From Alteromonas naphthalenivorans (GTDB lineage Bacteria; Babelota; Babeliae; Babelales; CAIQNR01), in contig JBLICC010000001.1 in assembly GCA_047631715.1 (NCBI GenBank), positions 20,012 through 84,011 on the forward strand: a stretch of DNA of 64,000 bases, in the 5' to 3' direction. The position numbers and the translations under genes were made by a program. Shown one piece after another: positions 35,861 through 46,304 of the stretch. Within the stretch, counting starts at the first letter, position 1. Every line of letters starts with the position of its first letter. The notes below the pieces were generated by a model. That model saw nothing but the letters and a program-made list of their open reading frames with translations. It was not told the DNA's origin and ran no database searches.

Positions 35861-38188
35861 TTATAACTCTTTTATTTTAATAGTTTTACGCGGTTTATAA
35901 GCTTTTTGCATATTCTTAAAGAACAGTGAATCAAAGCTGTAGGTAATGCCTACTGTTGCAAAAAGGGCAATATCTTTACCAAGGGTAATATTAAATTGTT
36001 CTGGGATAGTAAAAATTGCGGTTTGATTTGCTACGATAAGATTTTTTTGTTGTTCGTAGGAAATATATTTACCTTCTGCTGTGTTGTAATATTTTCCTGG
36101 TACAAAGATGGCGAATGTTCCAGAAATATCAAGATCGTGAGTAATTTTGTGATGAGCTGAAGCATTGAATTCAATACCTAAGTAAGGATCTAAATTCTTT
36201 TTAGCATCTGTTTGACGTGCTGCTGAATAGTCTAAGGCAATAAATTCTGTGTAAGGCATGCTGGTATCTTTGGTTGTTTGAGCTTTTTGTGAGTACAGAA
36301 TGAAGTTAAAGTCTGTGAAGAATTCTTTGTGTTTATAGACGCTGTGATGCTTAAGTCCCCAACCTACAAAGAGCAAATTGGTTAATTGTGGGGTGGTAAG
36401 GTTTGGGCATGAAACTAGAGGGCAATTAAGTTTTTGTACTTCATGAATAAAGCAGGGGTTAATACTTTTGCTTTTAAACATTTCGTGCGTTCCTGTAAAA
36501 CCTTTGTATTTTTTATCGGTATCTTTATAGGTAAATGCGGTACCAGAACTGTCTGCTGCAAATCGACGCGTTGCCAAAATATAATCGTCAGAATCATTAG
36601 GACTATTATCACCAGATAAAATACCGAGAGAGGATCCCGCACGCCATTTTTTAAATTGATAACCAATGTCACCCATAACAAACCAACCACGATAGGTATT
36701 TTTGTATGCGTTTCTAAAACGAGAGTTCGAGTTTTTATAAAAAAGTGGATCAGGAGTCATACCCGTAGCAGGGTTAATAGGGAAAATTTCTCCGTTAGCG
36801 AATCTTCTAGAATAATCGGTTGCAGGTGTTGCATCTGGTGTATATACCGATGCCGATGTTGGACTGTTGGGAATACCAAGAGCATGAGTATAGAGACTTT
36901 CTTTAGCTGTTTCAGAAGCTATAGCAAGAGTAGCAGGATAAGTAGCAACTGGCACAAGATCGGGGTTAATAAAGAGTAAGTGAGTATTCCATGTTACAGC
37001 GGAAAAAATTAATTCGTTTCGATCCCATGCTTTTACTTTTTGATGACCTAAGTTTTGTGCACCTTCAATGCTTATGCTTAAGGGGCCGTTGTCCCATTCA
37101 AAACATCCACCAAAAGTATAAAGACGGCTGTAGGAATCTTCTTTAAATTCAACGTGTTGAGTATTATCATAATTTAATACAAAATATGGATTTATAATAC
37201 ATTGTGTATCGGGATTTTTAAATTTAGGACGTGCTTTAATTTGTGCTGCAACAATATAACTATGTTTATCAATGCCGCGGGATGCATTTAAAATTTGTTC
37301 TGTATTTTGTGCAGCAGCATGTTCGGCTGTATTTTGAAAAGTACTATTGTAATTGGTGCCAAATCCAAGATAGAGATCCCAGAGGGCTTGATCATTACAA
37401 AAAGTACTACTTGCAAGTATGCCGGGTCTAAATTGGTCAATATCGTTGAGTGTATAACGTCCGGGAAGAGGTTGGCCTACTAATTCTGTGTGTCCATTTC
37501 CAAGCGCAATGCCGTGACCAATAGAGTAAGGGAATAGTCCTGTTGAGATAAAGCTTTTTTGGTCTTGGTCAAAGTAGTATTTTAACCAAAGTTCTCGCGC
37601 CCATAAACTAAAACGATTAATGTTGGTACTTGTTTTATATTCGGTGAAGGCCCACCCTAATTTGGTACGTTTTGGTTCTGTTTGCATATAACGACCAGAG
37701 TCTCCGGCAACACCTTTCATACGAGCCATTACTTTGAATTCAATCGTTTCATTTTCTAAATGATGGGTATGCGGATGAATATAAAGGCCAGTATCAAAAG
37801 TGTATTGCATAAATGAATAGGCATCAGATTGATTTGAACCATTTAACAATTCAAGATTTGCACCATAGTAATAAGTGCTATCGAATTGTGCCATAAAGGT
37901 ATAGGGTTCATCGGTTTCTTTGAGTCCTTCGCGCCAGATAGATTCTTGGTTTTCTAAATATTGTTTTTTATCAACTTCTTTTGCGAGAGAAAGTTTGTCT
38001 TTGTAGTCTTGTTTATCTTTTTTGTGAGCTTGGTAATAATCTTTATGCTGTTGCATAATAATATCCGAAGCTTTTTTCTCTTCGTCAGTTGCATGAATGC
38101 GTCGCCAATAACCTTTAGGAGCTGTAGATGCTCCGTATACAGGAAAGAGGAAACTTGTAAGGAGCAATACTATTAATGAATGTTTCAT
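35861..38188 (-). CDS. Putative outer-membrane beta-barrel protein (775 aa) embedded in the beta-helix cluster
   Basis: Signal peptide MKHSLIVLLLTSFLFPVYGAS. A K/E/D/Q-rich helical N-region of ~60 aa is followed by an aromatic/Gly-rich body with alternating-pattern strands (YYYGANLELLNG, IEFKVMARMKG, WARELWLKYYF...GLFPYSIGHGIALGN, FATVGITYSF near the C-terminus). The pattern recalls AlgE/Wzi-like barrels but is not a confident family call. Confidence 0.45.
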   Translation of the reverse strand: MKHSLIVLLLTSFLFPVYGASTAPKGYWRRIHATDEEKKASDIIMQQHKDYYQAHKKDKQDYKDKLSLAKEVDKKQYLENQESIWREGLKETDEPYTFMAQFDSTYYYGANLELLNGSNQSDAYSFMQYTFDTGLYIHPHTHHLENETIEFKVMARMKGVAGDSGRYMQTEPKRTKLGWAFTEYKTSTNINRFSLWARELWLKYYFDQDQKSFISTGLFPYSIGHGIALGNGHTELVGQPLPGRYTLNDIDQFRPGILASSTFCNDQALWDLYLGFGTNYNSTFQNTAEHAAAQNTEQILNASRGIDKHSYIVAAQIKARPKFKNPDTQCIINPYFVLNYDNTQHVEFKEDSYSRLYTFGGCFEWDNGPLSISIEGAQNLGHQKVKAWDRNELIFSAVTWNTHLLFINPDLVPVATYPATLAIASETAKESLYTHALGIPNSPTSASVYTPDATPATDYSRRFANGEIFPINPATGMTPDPLFYKNSNSRFRNAYKNTYRGWFVMGDIGYQFKKWRAGSSLGILSGDNSPNDSDDYILATRRFAADSSGTAFTYKDTDKKYKGFTGTHEMFKSKSINPCFIHEVQKLNCPLVSCPNLTTPQLTNLLFVGWGLKHHSVYKHKEFFTDFNFILYSQKAQTTKDTSMPYTEFIALDYSAARQTDAKKNLDPYLGIEFNASAHHKITHDLDISGTFAIFVPGKYYNTAEGKYISYEQQKNLIVANQTAIFTIPEQFNITLGKDIALFATVGITYSFDSLFFKNMQKAYKPRKTIKIKEL

Positions 38189-38209
38189 ACTCGGTACCTC
38201 TTTCTTAGA

Positions 38210-41200
38210 TTATTCTATATCTATGTTGTACAGATTCGGTAAGTTTGCAAATTCTATTATTGAGTCCATGGTTCCCGTTGTTACCGGCCAGTTTGCCTTA
38301 GTGGTTCCTCCAATAGGAAGATCCATATAATAATTTGTAGTTACAACAGGAGAGGCTGCATCTTTATTGCCGTAAGCTGTGCAATTGATAATGATATTAT
38401 CGGTATCAGTAGATGCATCGTAAATTCCATAAGCTGTTGTTCCTGAGGATGCAGTTGTACAGTTTGCACTTGATTGGCAGCCATCTATTAAGCAATATTG
38501 GGTACTTGCATCAAGATAAATACCTGTTGCATTGCCTGTATGACTTGTTGTTCTTCCATTACCTCGTGCAATACAATTTTTTAAAGATGACTGTTTTTCA
38601 CTTTCTAGAGCAAATCCAAATGCTCCTTTACCACTATCACTTGTGCCACTTGTTCCAATGGCCGCGTTTCCATTTGCAGAGCAATTAAACCATTGATTAC
38701 TTTCGCCACTTGTAGAATAAAAACCATAAGCTACAGAAGTAGTACCATTAGTAGTTGTGTTATTTCTGAGTGCATTACAAGTTTCAAAATTATTACCAAT
38801 GGAAGCGCTTGTAAGTCTAAATCCGTAAGATGTAACTGCTCCAGTATTTGCATTTGCTATGCAATCTTTAAAGAGGCACCCTGTTGCAGCGCTAAGATAG
38901 AAGCCAACTGCACCTTCTGCTGTAGTTGCGCTAGTACCAGAGTTTCTGAGTGCTCTACAGTTGTCAAAGAAGCCACCACCAACTGAACTTAAGAAGAATC
39001 CATAGGCTTGATCTCCAGTGTGCCCACTCGACTCAACATTTATGCAGGTAACATCATTACAGCTTATAAACCATACACCGGCATGATCACTACCACTGGT
39101 TGTTTCATTACAGTTGGCAACTTTGCAATCTTGCACAAGTATGCTGCTTCCACCAGAAAATTTAATTCCGTAGTTACTTGCTGCGGCTAAAAAGTTAGAA
39201 AGATTAGAATTGAGAATTGTAATGTTATTTGCGCCAGCAGCAACTAAGATTCCTGCAAGGCCTTTTTCTATAGAAAGGTTATCCATAGTAATGAGATAAG
39301 AATTTGCGCCAATATCTATGCCTTCGCCCAAATTGTTTCTACTGGATATTGCGCCTTTTTGCATGGTTACGTTATGTGCTCGTGCTCCAAAAACAATGCC
39401 GTCGGTTATGTGAGCAGAAATATTAAAGTCAGAAATAAATACTCGACTACAATCTGCGCCAAAATTCATACCGTTTGTTGTGCATGAGGTAAAATTACAA
39501 TCTTGAATATCAATACCGTGTGAGCTTAATCCAACGTTAATACCATTTGCTCCTGGATAACCGAGGTTACAATTGAGAATGGCAACATTGTGAGAGAGGC
39601 TTCCGGTAAGAATGGCATCACTTGTTGAATTAGTGATTGCTACATTGTCGATAAGTGCTGTATGCGAATCGTAAATAATATTAATGCCTTTGTTTCCAGC
39701 GCTAGAAATGGTTCCATTAATCATGGTAACGCCTGTGCAGCTTGCAGCAAAATCGATACCAGAAGTTGTAGGTTCGGATATGGTGAAATCTCTAATAAGA
39801 ATGTCTTTTACAATTCCTGTTGCATTAATGCCGTTTCCGTCTGCATTGCCGATCGTAATATCTTTCATGGTCATGCCGTGGGTACGGTTGGTCATTTTAA
39901 TGCCGTCACTACCCGCGCCATTAATTTTAATATGTTCTAGGTTTATGCCTTTTGGTCTACTATTAAAAGTGATTCCAGTAAGCCCAGAATTGTTAATGGT
40001 AATGTTGTTAAAGTTAAAGCCATGCTTATTTGCAAAACCAAGAGCAGCAGAACCAGCAACGCCAACAACAATGCCATCTCTGCTTGCGCTAGAAACGATA
40101 ACGTTGTTCATATTAATATCTTCTGATGCATTAAAGTCTATACCACGACCGCTTGATACATTGGTTATAGCTACATCCTTAATTTCGATACCGTATGATG
40201 TTCCGGTGAACGAAAGGCCATTCGAGCTTGATACGCCCCCTTGAATATTAGAAATACTACCGTTGTTTAAAAGAATGCCGTATGCGCCGGTTCCAAATTT
40301 AATGCCGCCATCGAGTGGGGCTACAGTTGTAACGTTACTAATTGAAAAATTTTCAAAAACAATGTCGTAAGATAAATCGCCAACTTCAACTCCGCTTCCT
40401 GCAGCTACGTTTGAAATAGTAATGTCTCTTAAAAGAACATTGTAAGAATCACTTAAATCGATACCTTGACCTGTTACAGTAGCAATTTTAACGTCGTCAA
40501 TAAGTACGTTGTGTGAAGCTTTAGTAACTCCAAAGTTAATTGCATCGGTAGTTGCTCCTGTTCCAATATCGGTAATTCTACCATTACTGATGGTAATACC
40601 GTAACTTGCAGTAGTAAATTCAATAGCATGCATGCCTGTTCCAGAAAGGCTGTCGATAGCAAAGGTATCGAGATAAAAGTTTTGTGCAACGCCAATAACT
40701 TCTATACCTTTACCGGTTGCTGTTCCATTACCGACAATAATAATGTTTTTTAAAGAAGTGTTAAATGATGTTCCTGCAAATTGAATAGCATCACCAACAG
40801 AATCATTAATTGTTATGTTTTCAATAGTGAGTCCAACCATGGCAGCTGGAATCGAAATACCTATGCCTATGTGGTCTCGAATGGTACCGTTTTTAATAGT
40901 CACGTTATTGGTAGAAGAAATTACAATACCTGTTCCTAACCCTCCACCATCAAGTGTTTGACCACCAAGATCAAGTACCACATCGTCTGCGCTGATAGTT
41001 ATCATGGCAGTAGTTGCAGAGGCGAGTGTTATGGTATCGATTAATAGATAGGTGCCGGGGGTGCTTATTGTAAGAGCGGTTGCTGCTCCGGTATCAAAAC
41101 TACCAACAGAGAGCGGGATGGGATCGGATGAATAAGATGATGATGATCCGCCGGAGGATGATCCACCGGAGGAGGATATTCCTGTACCAACGGGAACCTG

Positions 41201-41278
41201 TGCGCCGCTTGTTCCAACACCGTGTGCAAATCGTCCTGTGAGTAGGGTGGCTAGCAGCAAGATAACGTACCGTTTCAT
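38210..41278 (-). CDS. Secreted right-handed parallel beta-helix repeat protein, type A (1022 aa)
   Basis: Has a signal peptide and a Ser/Gly linker (SSSGGSSSGGSSSSYSS). Cap LTISTPGTYLLIDTI...ITISADDVVLDLGGQTLDG. About 20 or more PbH1-like coils precede the N-C-x-A-x-x-N ladder. The C-terminus VVTTNYYMDLPIGGTTKANWP...LYNIDIE is paralogous to the 710-aa protein. Confidence 0.7.
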   Translation of the reverse strand: MKRYVILLLATLLTGRFAHGVGTSGAQVPVGTGISSSGGSSSGGSSSSYSSDPIPLSVGSFDTGAATALTISTPGTYLLIDTITLASATTAMITISADDVVLDLGGQTLDGGGLGTGIVISSTNNVTIKNGTIRDHIGIGISIPAAMVGLTIENITINDSVGDAIQFAGTSFNTSLKNIIIVGNGTATGKGIEVIGVAQNFYLDTFAIDSLSGTGMHAIEFTTASYGITISNGRITDIGTGATTDAINFGVTKASHNVLIDDVKIATVTGQGIDLSDSYNVLLRDITISNVAAGSGVEVGDLSYDIVFENFSISNVTTVAPLDGGIKFGTGAYGILLNNGSISNIQGGVSSSNGLSFTGTSYGIEIKDVAITNVSSGRGIDFNASEDINMNNVIVSSASRDGIVVGVAGSAALGFANKHGFNFNNITINNSGLTGITFNSRPKGINLEHIKINGAGSDGIKMTNRTHGMTMKDITIGNADGNGINATGIVKDILIRDFTISEPTTSGIDFAASCTGVTMINGTISSAGNKGINIIYDSHTALIDNVAITNSTSDAILTGSLSHNVAILNCNLGYPGANGINVGLSSHGIDIQDCNFTSCTTNGMNFGADCSRVFISDFNISAHITDGIVFGARAHNVTMQKGAISSRNNLGEGIDIGANSYLITMDNLSIEKGLAGILVAAGANNITILNSNLSNFLAAASNYGIKFSGGSSILVQDCKVANCNETTSGSDHAGVWFISCNDVTCINVESSGHTGDQAYGFFLSSVGGGFFDNCRALRNSGTSATTAEGAVGFYLSAATGCLFKDCIANANTGAVTSYGFRLTSASIGNNFETCNALRNNTTTNGTTSVAYGFYSTSGESNQWFNCSANGNAAIGTSGTSDSGKGAFGFALESEKQSSLKNCIARGNGRTTSHTGNATGIYLDASTQYCLIDGCQSSANCTTASSGTTAYGIYDASTDTDNIIINCTAYGNKDAASPVVTTNYYMDLPIGGTTKANWPVTTGTMDSIIEFANLPNLYNIDIE

Positions 41279-41312
41279 TCATCTCTCCTTTTGTCTTATA
41301 CTCTTTATTTAT

Positions 41313-42512
41313 TTATTCTATAACAACGCTGATATTAGATTTATTAGATGCCGAAGCAAGACTTGCTAATTGATCAGCTGATGCTTCTGTCTCGTCTATA
41401 GGAGTACTTACAGTTCTTACATAATTTTGTTTAGTAAAAGGGGTTGTTTTATCAAAATTTAAATATGCAGTGTTTTGAATATACAAATTTGTTTGACTAC
41501 CAAGTGCTTCATCATCATGAAAACCAAATTCATTACGAATAGCTGTGTTGCCTTCAACAGTTGTTTTATTTGCAGATTCTAGGCGTAAACCGTATGAATC
41601 TTTTGCAGCTAAATCTGCTTTATTGCTTGTCATAGTGCAATCTTTTACATGTACTAAATCGCATTGATACAAGTGAATGCCCATACCGTCAGCATTACTG
41701 GATATGTTATTGTTACAGGTGCAATTGGTAATAGTATTGCTAAAGGTATCATCGCCTGCTTCTGTAATATAAATGCCAACTGCATCGAGATATCCTTTGT
41801 TGTTATTGCAAATACAGTTGGTTAGTGAGCTTGCTGTACAGCTGGTTAAGTTGATACCGTATGAAGTTGCGTTGGTGATAGTAGTAATATTACGTAGGGC
41901 GGAGCTGTCTTTAATTGATACACTTTCTGAATTTCCAAAATAAATACCATGAACATGGGTAGTGGCTGTTGTATTACGTACGTTTAAGTTGTATAAGTCT
42001 GCATGATGAACGTATGTTCCTATAACACCACCATTTGTGTTAGAAACTACATTAACATTTTCTATTTTAAGATTGGTAACTTCGTTTCCTAATGTTCCTT
42101 CAACGTAAATTCCATAGTTTTTAAACCCCATAATGGTGCCATCTTTGATGGTCACATTCTTTACGCCAGCTTTAATATAAATACCATAGGGTGTTCCAGT
42201 TACCGCACTGTTGCACCATAAAATCTGATTGTTAAGATCGATTGTAATATTGTCTTTATCAATACAAATGGCCGCAGCTGCAGTGTCACTTGTTTTGTAT
42301 TCAATGCTTATAACAGCTAAGTGAACACCAGATTGAGCAGTGGGAGTAAGGTTTTGTAGTGTGGCAAAAGGATATTGGTATTCTTCTGTGATAGCTGCAA
42401 TGCTGAGTCCAACGCCGGGGCCATAAAGAGTGGCGCCAGGAGCAGATTGTGCATTACTGAGTGTTGGAATCAAGATAGTGAGTGCGAGTAGTATATGTTG
42501 TATTTTTTTCAT
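41313..42512 (-). CDS. Secreted right-handed parallel beta-helix repeat protein (about 399 aa)
   Basis: The likely start is MKKIQHILLALTILIPTLSNAQS at 42512, after an AAGAGGAA SD. ICIDKDNITIDLNNQIL cap and repeats (VTIKDGTIMGFKNYGIYV, LKIENVNVVSNTNGG, LTNCICNNNKG, ITNCTCNNNIS). C-terminus NISVVIE. Confidence 0.65.
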   Translation of the reverse strand: MKKIQHILLALTILIPTLSNAQSAPGATLYGPGVGLSIAAITEEYQYPFATLQNLTPTAQSGVHLAVISIEYKTSDTAAAAICIDKDNITIDLNNQILWCNSAVTGTPYGIYIKAGVKNVTIKDGTIMGFKNYGIYVEGTLGNEVTNLKIENVNVVSNTNGGVIGTYVHHADLYNLNVRNTTATTHVHGIYFGNSESVSIKDSSALRNITTITNATSYGINLTSCTASSLTNCICNNNKGYLDAVGIYITEAGDDTFSNTITNCTCNNNISSNADGMGIHLYQCDLVHVKDCTMTSNKADLAAKDSYGLRLESANKTTVEGNTAIRNEFGFHDDEALGSQTNLYIQNTAYLNFDKTTPFTKQNYVRTVSTPIDETEASADQLASLASASNKSNISVVIE

Positions 42513-42532
42513 TCTTTGTTCCTCTTTATAAA

Positions 42533-44134
42533 TCATCCTATAACCTCTAGGCTTACGTTTTGATACGGATTAATACCGGTTAAACTACCCATGCTACCTT
42601 GGTTAACGGTGGTTGTTATATTAAATTCTCCAGGGTTATAATCGAGATGGAAGTTTTGAGCTGTGTTTGGAGCAACTTCATCACCATTGTTAAAGAAGAA
42701 GCACCGTGTTACAAGAGCAGAACTGTTAGCACCTTTGTTGTCTAGTAGTCCAATACCTTGGTTTTGAGTTGCAGATCTATTGTGTGTAATGCTGCAGTTG
42801 TCGATAACGCATCTATCGGTATTGTATAAATTTATGCCAATTCCCCAAGCTGCGTTCGAGTTACTATTTTGATTTCGAGAAATACAATTTTGAATAATAG
42901 AATGCGTTTCTGTTTGCAGATCAAACCCAATACATTCGGCAGCAGTTATAGCGCTTAATGAAATTTGAGATCCTATTGCCTCGCATTCATCCCAAATGTT
43001 GCCTTCTCCACTGATAGAATAGAAACTTCTTCCGCCTCCACCGGCAATATTGGCTGCACTACCTGCATTGTTATAAGAACTTTCGCATTTAGTTGTTTTA
43101 CAGTATTTTGCTGTGTTTAAAGCAAATCCATATCCAACTGCATTACCTTGATTTGCATTAGCGGTACAATTTTCCCATAAACAACCATTTACGCTTACGG
43201 CTGCAAATCCTTGACCAAATCGATCACCTGTTGTACCTGCTCCCCAGTTTCCATTTGCGGTACAATTAATAAACGAACAAGCACTAGAATTAGTTTCTAC
43301 TGTAAATCCAGCTCCTGATTTTCCATGATTACCAGAAGCATCACAGTTGGTAAATACTACGTTGGTACAACTTGTAATGAGAGCACCGTATGCATCAACG
43401 GTTTGTACTGTTCCTGTATCGCAACGATTAAAAGCAGAATCATTAACTAAGATATTAATGCAATTATCCATGCGAAGACCTACGGCATCGGTTCCAGTAA
43501 GTCCTTTTGATCGACCAACCATTGAGTTTTCTATAATACAGTTGGTGATCATATTTTGTGTGGTTGCATTGGCATCTGCATCACCGTCAAGATAAATGCC
43601 GTTTTTTACGCATTGTGTAATAGTTAGATTTTGCATACGAACATCATCACAATTGGTTCTTACTAATATACCAGTGTCTTGAAAACCAGTAATGTTACCG
43701 TTTCGTACCACAACGTTGTATTTTGAAGGTGCAATAATAATGCCTGTTTGATTAGAAGTTAAAGTTGCACCACTGTTATTGTAGAGTGTGTAGTTTCCTA
43801 AATCGATAACAACATCGCTAGAATCAACATAAATAGCACAAGCACTCACAACAGGATCAGCGTCAAGATTGGCAGTGAGTGAAGTATTGCGGCCTTGATA
43901 GCCAATGTTTTCGGTAAGGTAGTAACTACCCGGGGTAGTAATAGAAAAGGTGGTAATCAGATCAACTTGGCCTTTTGCTCTAAAGTTGTATTTATCAATA
44001 ACGTTTATGTATTTAGCATTGGGTGCTGCTTGAGTTGGATTTGCCTTAGTGGATCTTGTTGCATCTGCTTCGGCACTAAAAAGTGGAGACAGAGTGACGA
44101 GCAAGAGTGCAAAAAGTGTACGGTTACCGTGCAT
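42533..44134 (-). CDS. Secreted right-handed parallel beta-helix repeat protein, type B (533 aa)
   Basis: Signal peptide MHGNRTLFALLLVTLSPLFSAEA. FSITTPGSYYLTENIGYQ...AIYVDSSDVVIDLGNYTLYN. FTNCDASGN, FINCTANGN, WENCTANAN. Collinear paralogue of the 539-aa protein. C-terminus NVSLEVIG. Confidence 0.7.
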   Translation of the reverse strand: MHGNRTLFALLLVTLSPLFSAEADATRSTKANPTQAAPNAKYINVIDKYNFRAKGQVDLITTFSITTPGSYYLTENIGYQGRNTSLTANLDADPVVSACAIYVDSSDVVIDLGNYTLYNNSGATLTSNQTGIIIAPSKYNVVVRNGNITGFQDTGILVRTNCDDVRMQNLTITQCVKNGIYLDGDADANATTQNMITNCIIENSMVGRSKGLTGTDAVGLRMDNCINILVNDSAFNRCDTGTVQTVDAYGALITSCTNVVFTNCDASGNHGKSGAGFTVETNSSACSFINCTANGNWGAGTTGDRFGQGFAAVSVNGCLWENCTANANQGNAVGYGFALNTAKYCKTTKCESSYNNAGSAANIAGGGGRSFYSISGEGNIWDECEAIGSQISLSAITAAECIGFDLQTETHSIIQNCISRNQNSNSNAAWGIGINLYNTDRCVIDNCSITHNRSATQNQGIGLLDNKGANSSALVTRCFFFNNGDEVAPNTAQNFHLDYNPGEFNITTTVNQGSMGSLTGINPYQNVSLEVIG

Positions 44135-44150
44135 AGCTACTTCCTTTTTA

Positions 44151-46283
44151 TTAACTAGTGATACTTACGTTATAGTAATCAGGTGTATTAGAAAGATCGA
44201 TCAAGCCATCCATATTAGTTTCTATTCTTGGCCAGTTTCCAGGAGTGGTTGTACCAATCGCAAGATCCATATAATAGTTGGTTACTACGCGAGTTGTTGT
44301 ATTACTATCTGAGTTTCCAAATGCAAAACATTCAATAATGATATTCTTGGTATTTGCTGCATCGTCTCGTATACCATAGGCAGTTGTTCCAGTAAGAGCA
44401 GAGGTACAGTTTGAACTTGCTTCGCAACTTCTTACTTGGCAGTACTGACAATCTTCAAGCTTCATACCCACACGACTTCTTCTTGTATCTAGATAAATAC
44501 CGATTGCATTTGCGGTATGATTATAAAGAGCACCGTGTCCACGAGCCTTACAATCAATTAATGAACTTTGTGCTTCTGAAGATAAGTAGAAACCAATTGC
44601 ACCTTCGCCATCGGTTCCAGTTGCAGTACCAGCAAAGTTATTTTCGGCAATGCAGTTTCTCCAAAGATTACCAATACCACTTACAGAGAAGAAACCGGCA
44701 AACATTGGATTAGCACTACTTACTGTATTGCTATTTCTCATACTGTTGGCGATGCAGTTTTCTGCTATACAACCAATTGCGTTACTATATAGGAATCCTT
44801 GGGCTTCACGTTTTGCAGTGTGTCCAGAAGAGATACAGTTGTTGAAGGTGACTGCAGTTGATGTTTCTACGAAAAAGCCTGTACATGTTTCGGTACTCGT
44901 TGAATCTATTGCGTGGTTACCTTGAGATTCGCAGTTATCAAAAATGGCACCTCTAACATTGATTAAGTTAAAGCCAGCTACGCCATCGCCTAAATGACCA
45001 CCGGATTTTACATTTTGACATCTAATGTTGGTACAGGTAGTAAAGTAGACACCAAATGCTTCTTCACCAGGTGTGGTTACAACACATTTTCCTATGGTGG
45101 TATCTTGAATGAGGATACTTTCTGCAAAACTAAATTTTAAACCATTAACATCATTATTGTCATTTCTAGTTGCTCCAGAGATGTTACAATTTTTAATAAC
45201 AACATCGGATATAACAGTAGCTGTTCCTTCTGCACCTGTAAATACAATGCTGTCTTTACAGCCAGTTGTTCGAACACCATCAAGTATAATACCGTAACAA
45301 CCATTGCCAAAAGTCATGTTAGTTGTTGTTGATGTAGCAATGTTGCAGTCTTTTATAAGAACATTGTGAACTGTTGTACCGATATTGATTCCTGTGCCAG
45401 CTATATTTGCAATATTTAAATCAGAAAACAACATATTGTAGCAAGCGCTGTTGCAAATAATTCCGTCTGAAGCTGTACTACCAGCAATATTCGTAATTTT
45501 ACCATTTTTAATTTTTACGCCAAAACAAGTACTTGCAAGTGAAATGCCAGATTTAGCGGCTGTGGCAATACCATTTATTTTAAAATTCTCTATAACTAAA
45601 TCTTCTACGGCACCAGAAACATTTATGCCATGTCCGAGTGTAACTCCAATAATATTTATGTTATTAAAGGTAAACGCGTTACCGGTAGTTACTAAAATAG
45701 CATCTTCGCGTGCTGTATCTTCGATGGTCATATTATATATTCGTACATTATCGCAGTTAGCAGCAAATTCAATTGCGGTACCATTAGCTGCTCGAATATG
45801 CCCATTTTGAATAGAAATGTTCTTTTTTCCATTGATTAAGATTACAGGAAGATCATTTGTTGATGCTGATCCATCAATGGTGTGTCCAGCAAGATCTAGA
45901 ACCACATCATTTGCATTAATACAAATAGTTGCAACTGCTGTGGTTGTAGGTGCTACGTATCCTGTAAGGGTGTAGTTTCCACCTGAAGTAATACAGTATG
46001 AATCGTTTCCCGCATCTGTAATATTACCGGCTGAAATGTTTGTCCAACTTTCACCCGTTGTTGATTTTGTGGGTACGATTACTGGGGGAGAACCTATGCC
46101 TGTAGTTATGTTTGAAATTAAGATTGGAGTTGTATCTGTGTCGCTACCTGAAGGATAGCTATCTGCGGGATAGGCAGAGAGAGGTTGATTTTGATTGAGT
46201 TGTATGTTGTCGCTAAGGCTTGCTCCGTGGAGCGTAGTATTAAATAGTACGATACTGAGTAATATCTTTTTTAAAATGTGCAT
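44151..46283 (-). CDS. Secreted right-handed parallel beta-helix repeat protein, type A (710 aa)
   Basis: Has a signal peptide. YCITSGGNYTLTGYV...ICINANDVVLDLAGHTIDG. PbH1-like coils. The C-terminal third is collinear with the 1022-aa protein (VVTNYYMDLAIGTTTPGNWP...YYNVSITS). Confidence 0.7.
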   Translation of the reverse strand: MHILKKILLSIVLFNTTLHGASLSDNIQLNQNQPLSAYPADSYPSGSDTDTTPILISNITTGIGSPPVIVPTKSTTGESWTNISAGNITDAGNDSYCITSGGNYTLTGYVAPTTTAVATICINANDVVLDLAGHTIDGSASTNDLPVILINGKKNISIQNGHIRAANGTAIEFAANCDNVRIYNMTIEDTAREDAILVTTGNAFTFNNINIIGVTLGHGINVSGAVEDLVIENFKINGIATAAKSGISLASTCFGVKIKNGKITNIAGSTASDGIICNSACYNMLFSDLNIANIAGTGINIGTTVHNVLIKDCNIATSTTTNMTFGNGCYGIILDGVRTTGCKDSIVFTGAEGTATVISDVVIKNCNISGATRNDNNDVNGLKFSFAESILIQDTTIGKCVVTTPGEEAFGVYFTTCTNIRCQNVKSGGHLGDGVAGFNLINVRGAIFDNCESQGNHAIDSTSTETCTGFFVETSTAVTFNNCISSGHTAKREAQGFLYSNAIGCIAENCIANSMRNSNTVSSANPMFAGFFSVSGIGNLWRNCIAENNFAGTATGTDGEGAIGFYLSSEAQSSLIDCKARGHGALYNHTANAIGIYLDTRRSRVGMKLEDCQYCQVRSCEASSNCTSALTGTTAYGIRDDAANTKNIIIECFAFGNSDSNTTTRVVTNYYMDLAIGTTTPGNWPRIETNMDGLIDLSNTPDYYNVSITS

Positions 46284-46304
46284 ATAGCTTTCCTTTTATA
46301 TATT

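Noticed and set aside
38413-40244. Multiple plus-strand ORFs (for example 39684..40244 of 186 aa, 38693..38986, 39662..39940) inside the 1022-aa beta-helix gene. Similar antisense ORFs occur at 33766..34176, 45451..45810, 46417..46722, 28092..31016 and 36434..37483.
   Set aside because: They are antisense shadows of long, repeat-rich minus-strand genes. They have no SD sites, their composition is low-complexity and Cys/Leu/Val-biased, and they overlap much better-supported ORFs.
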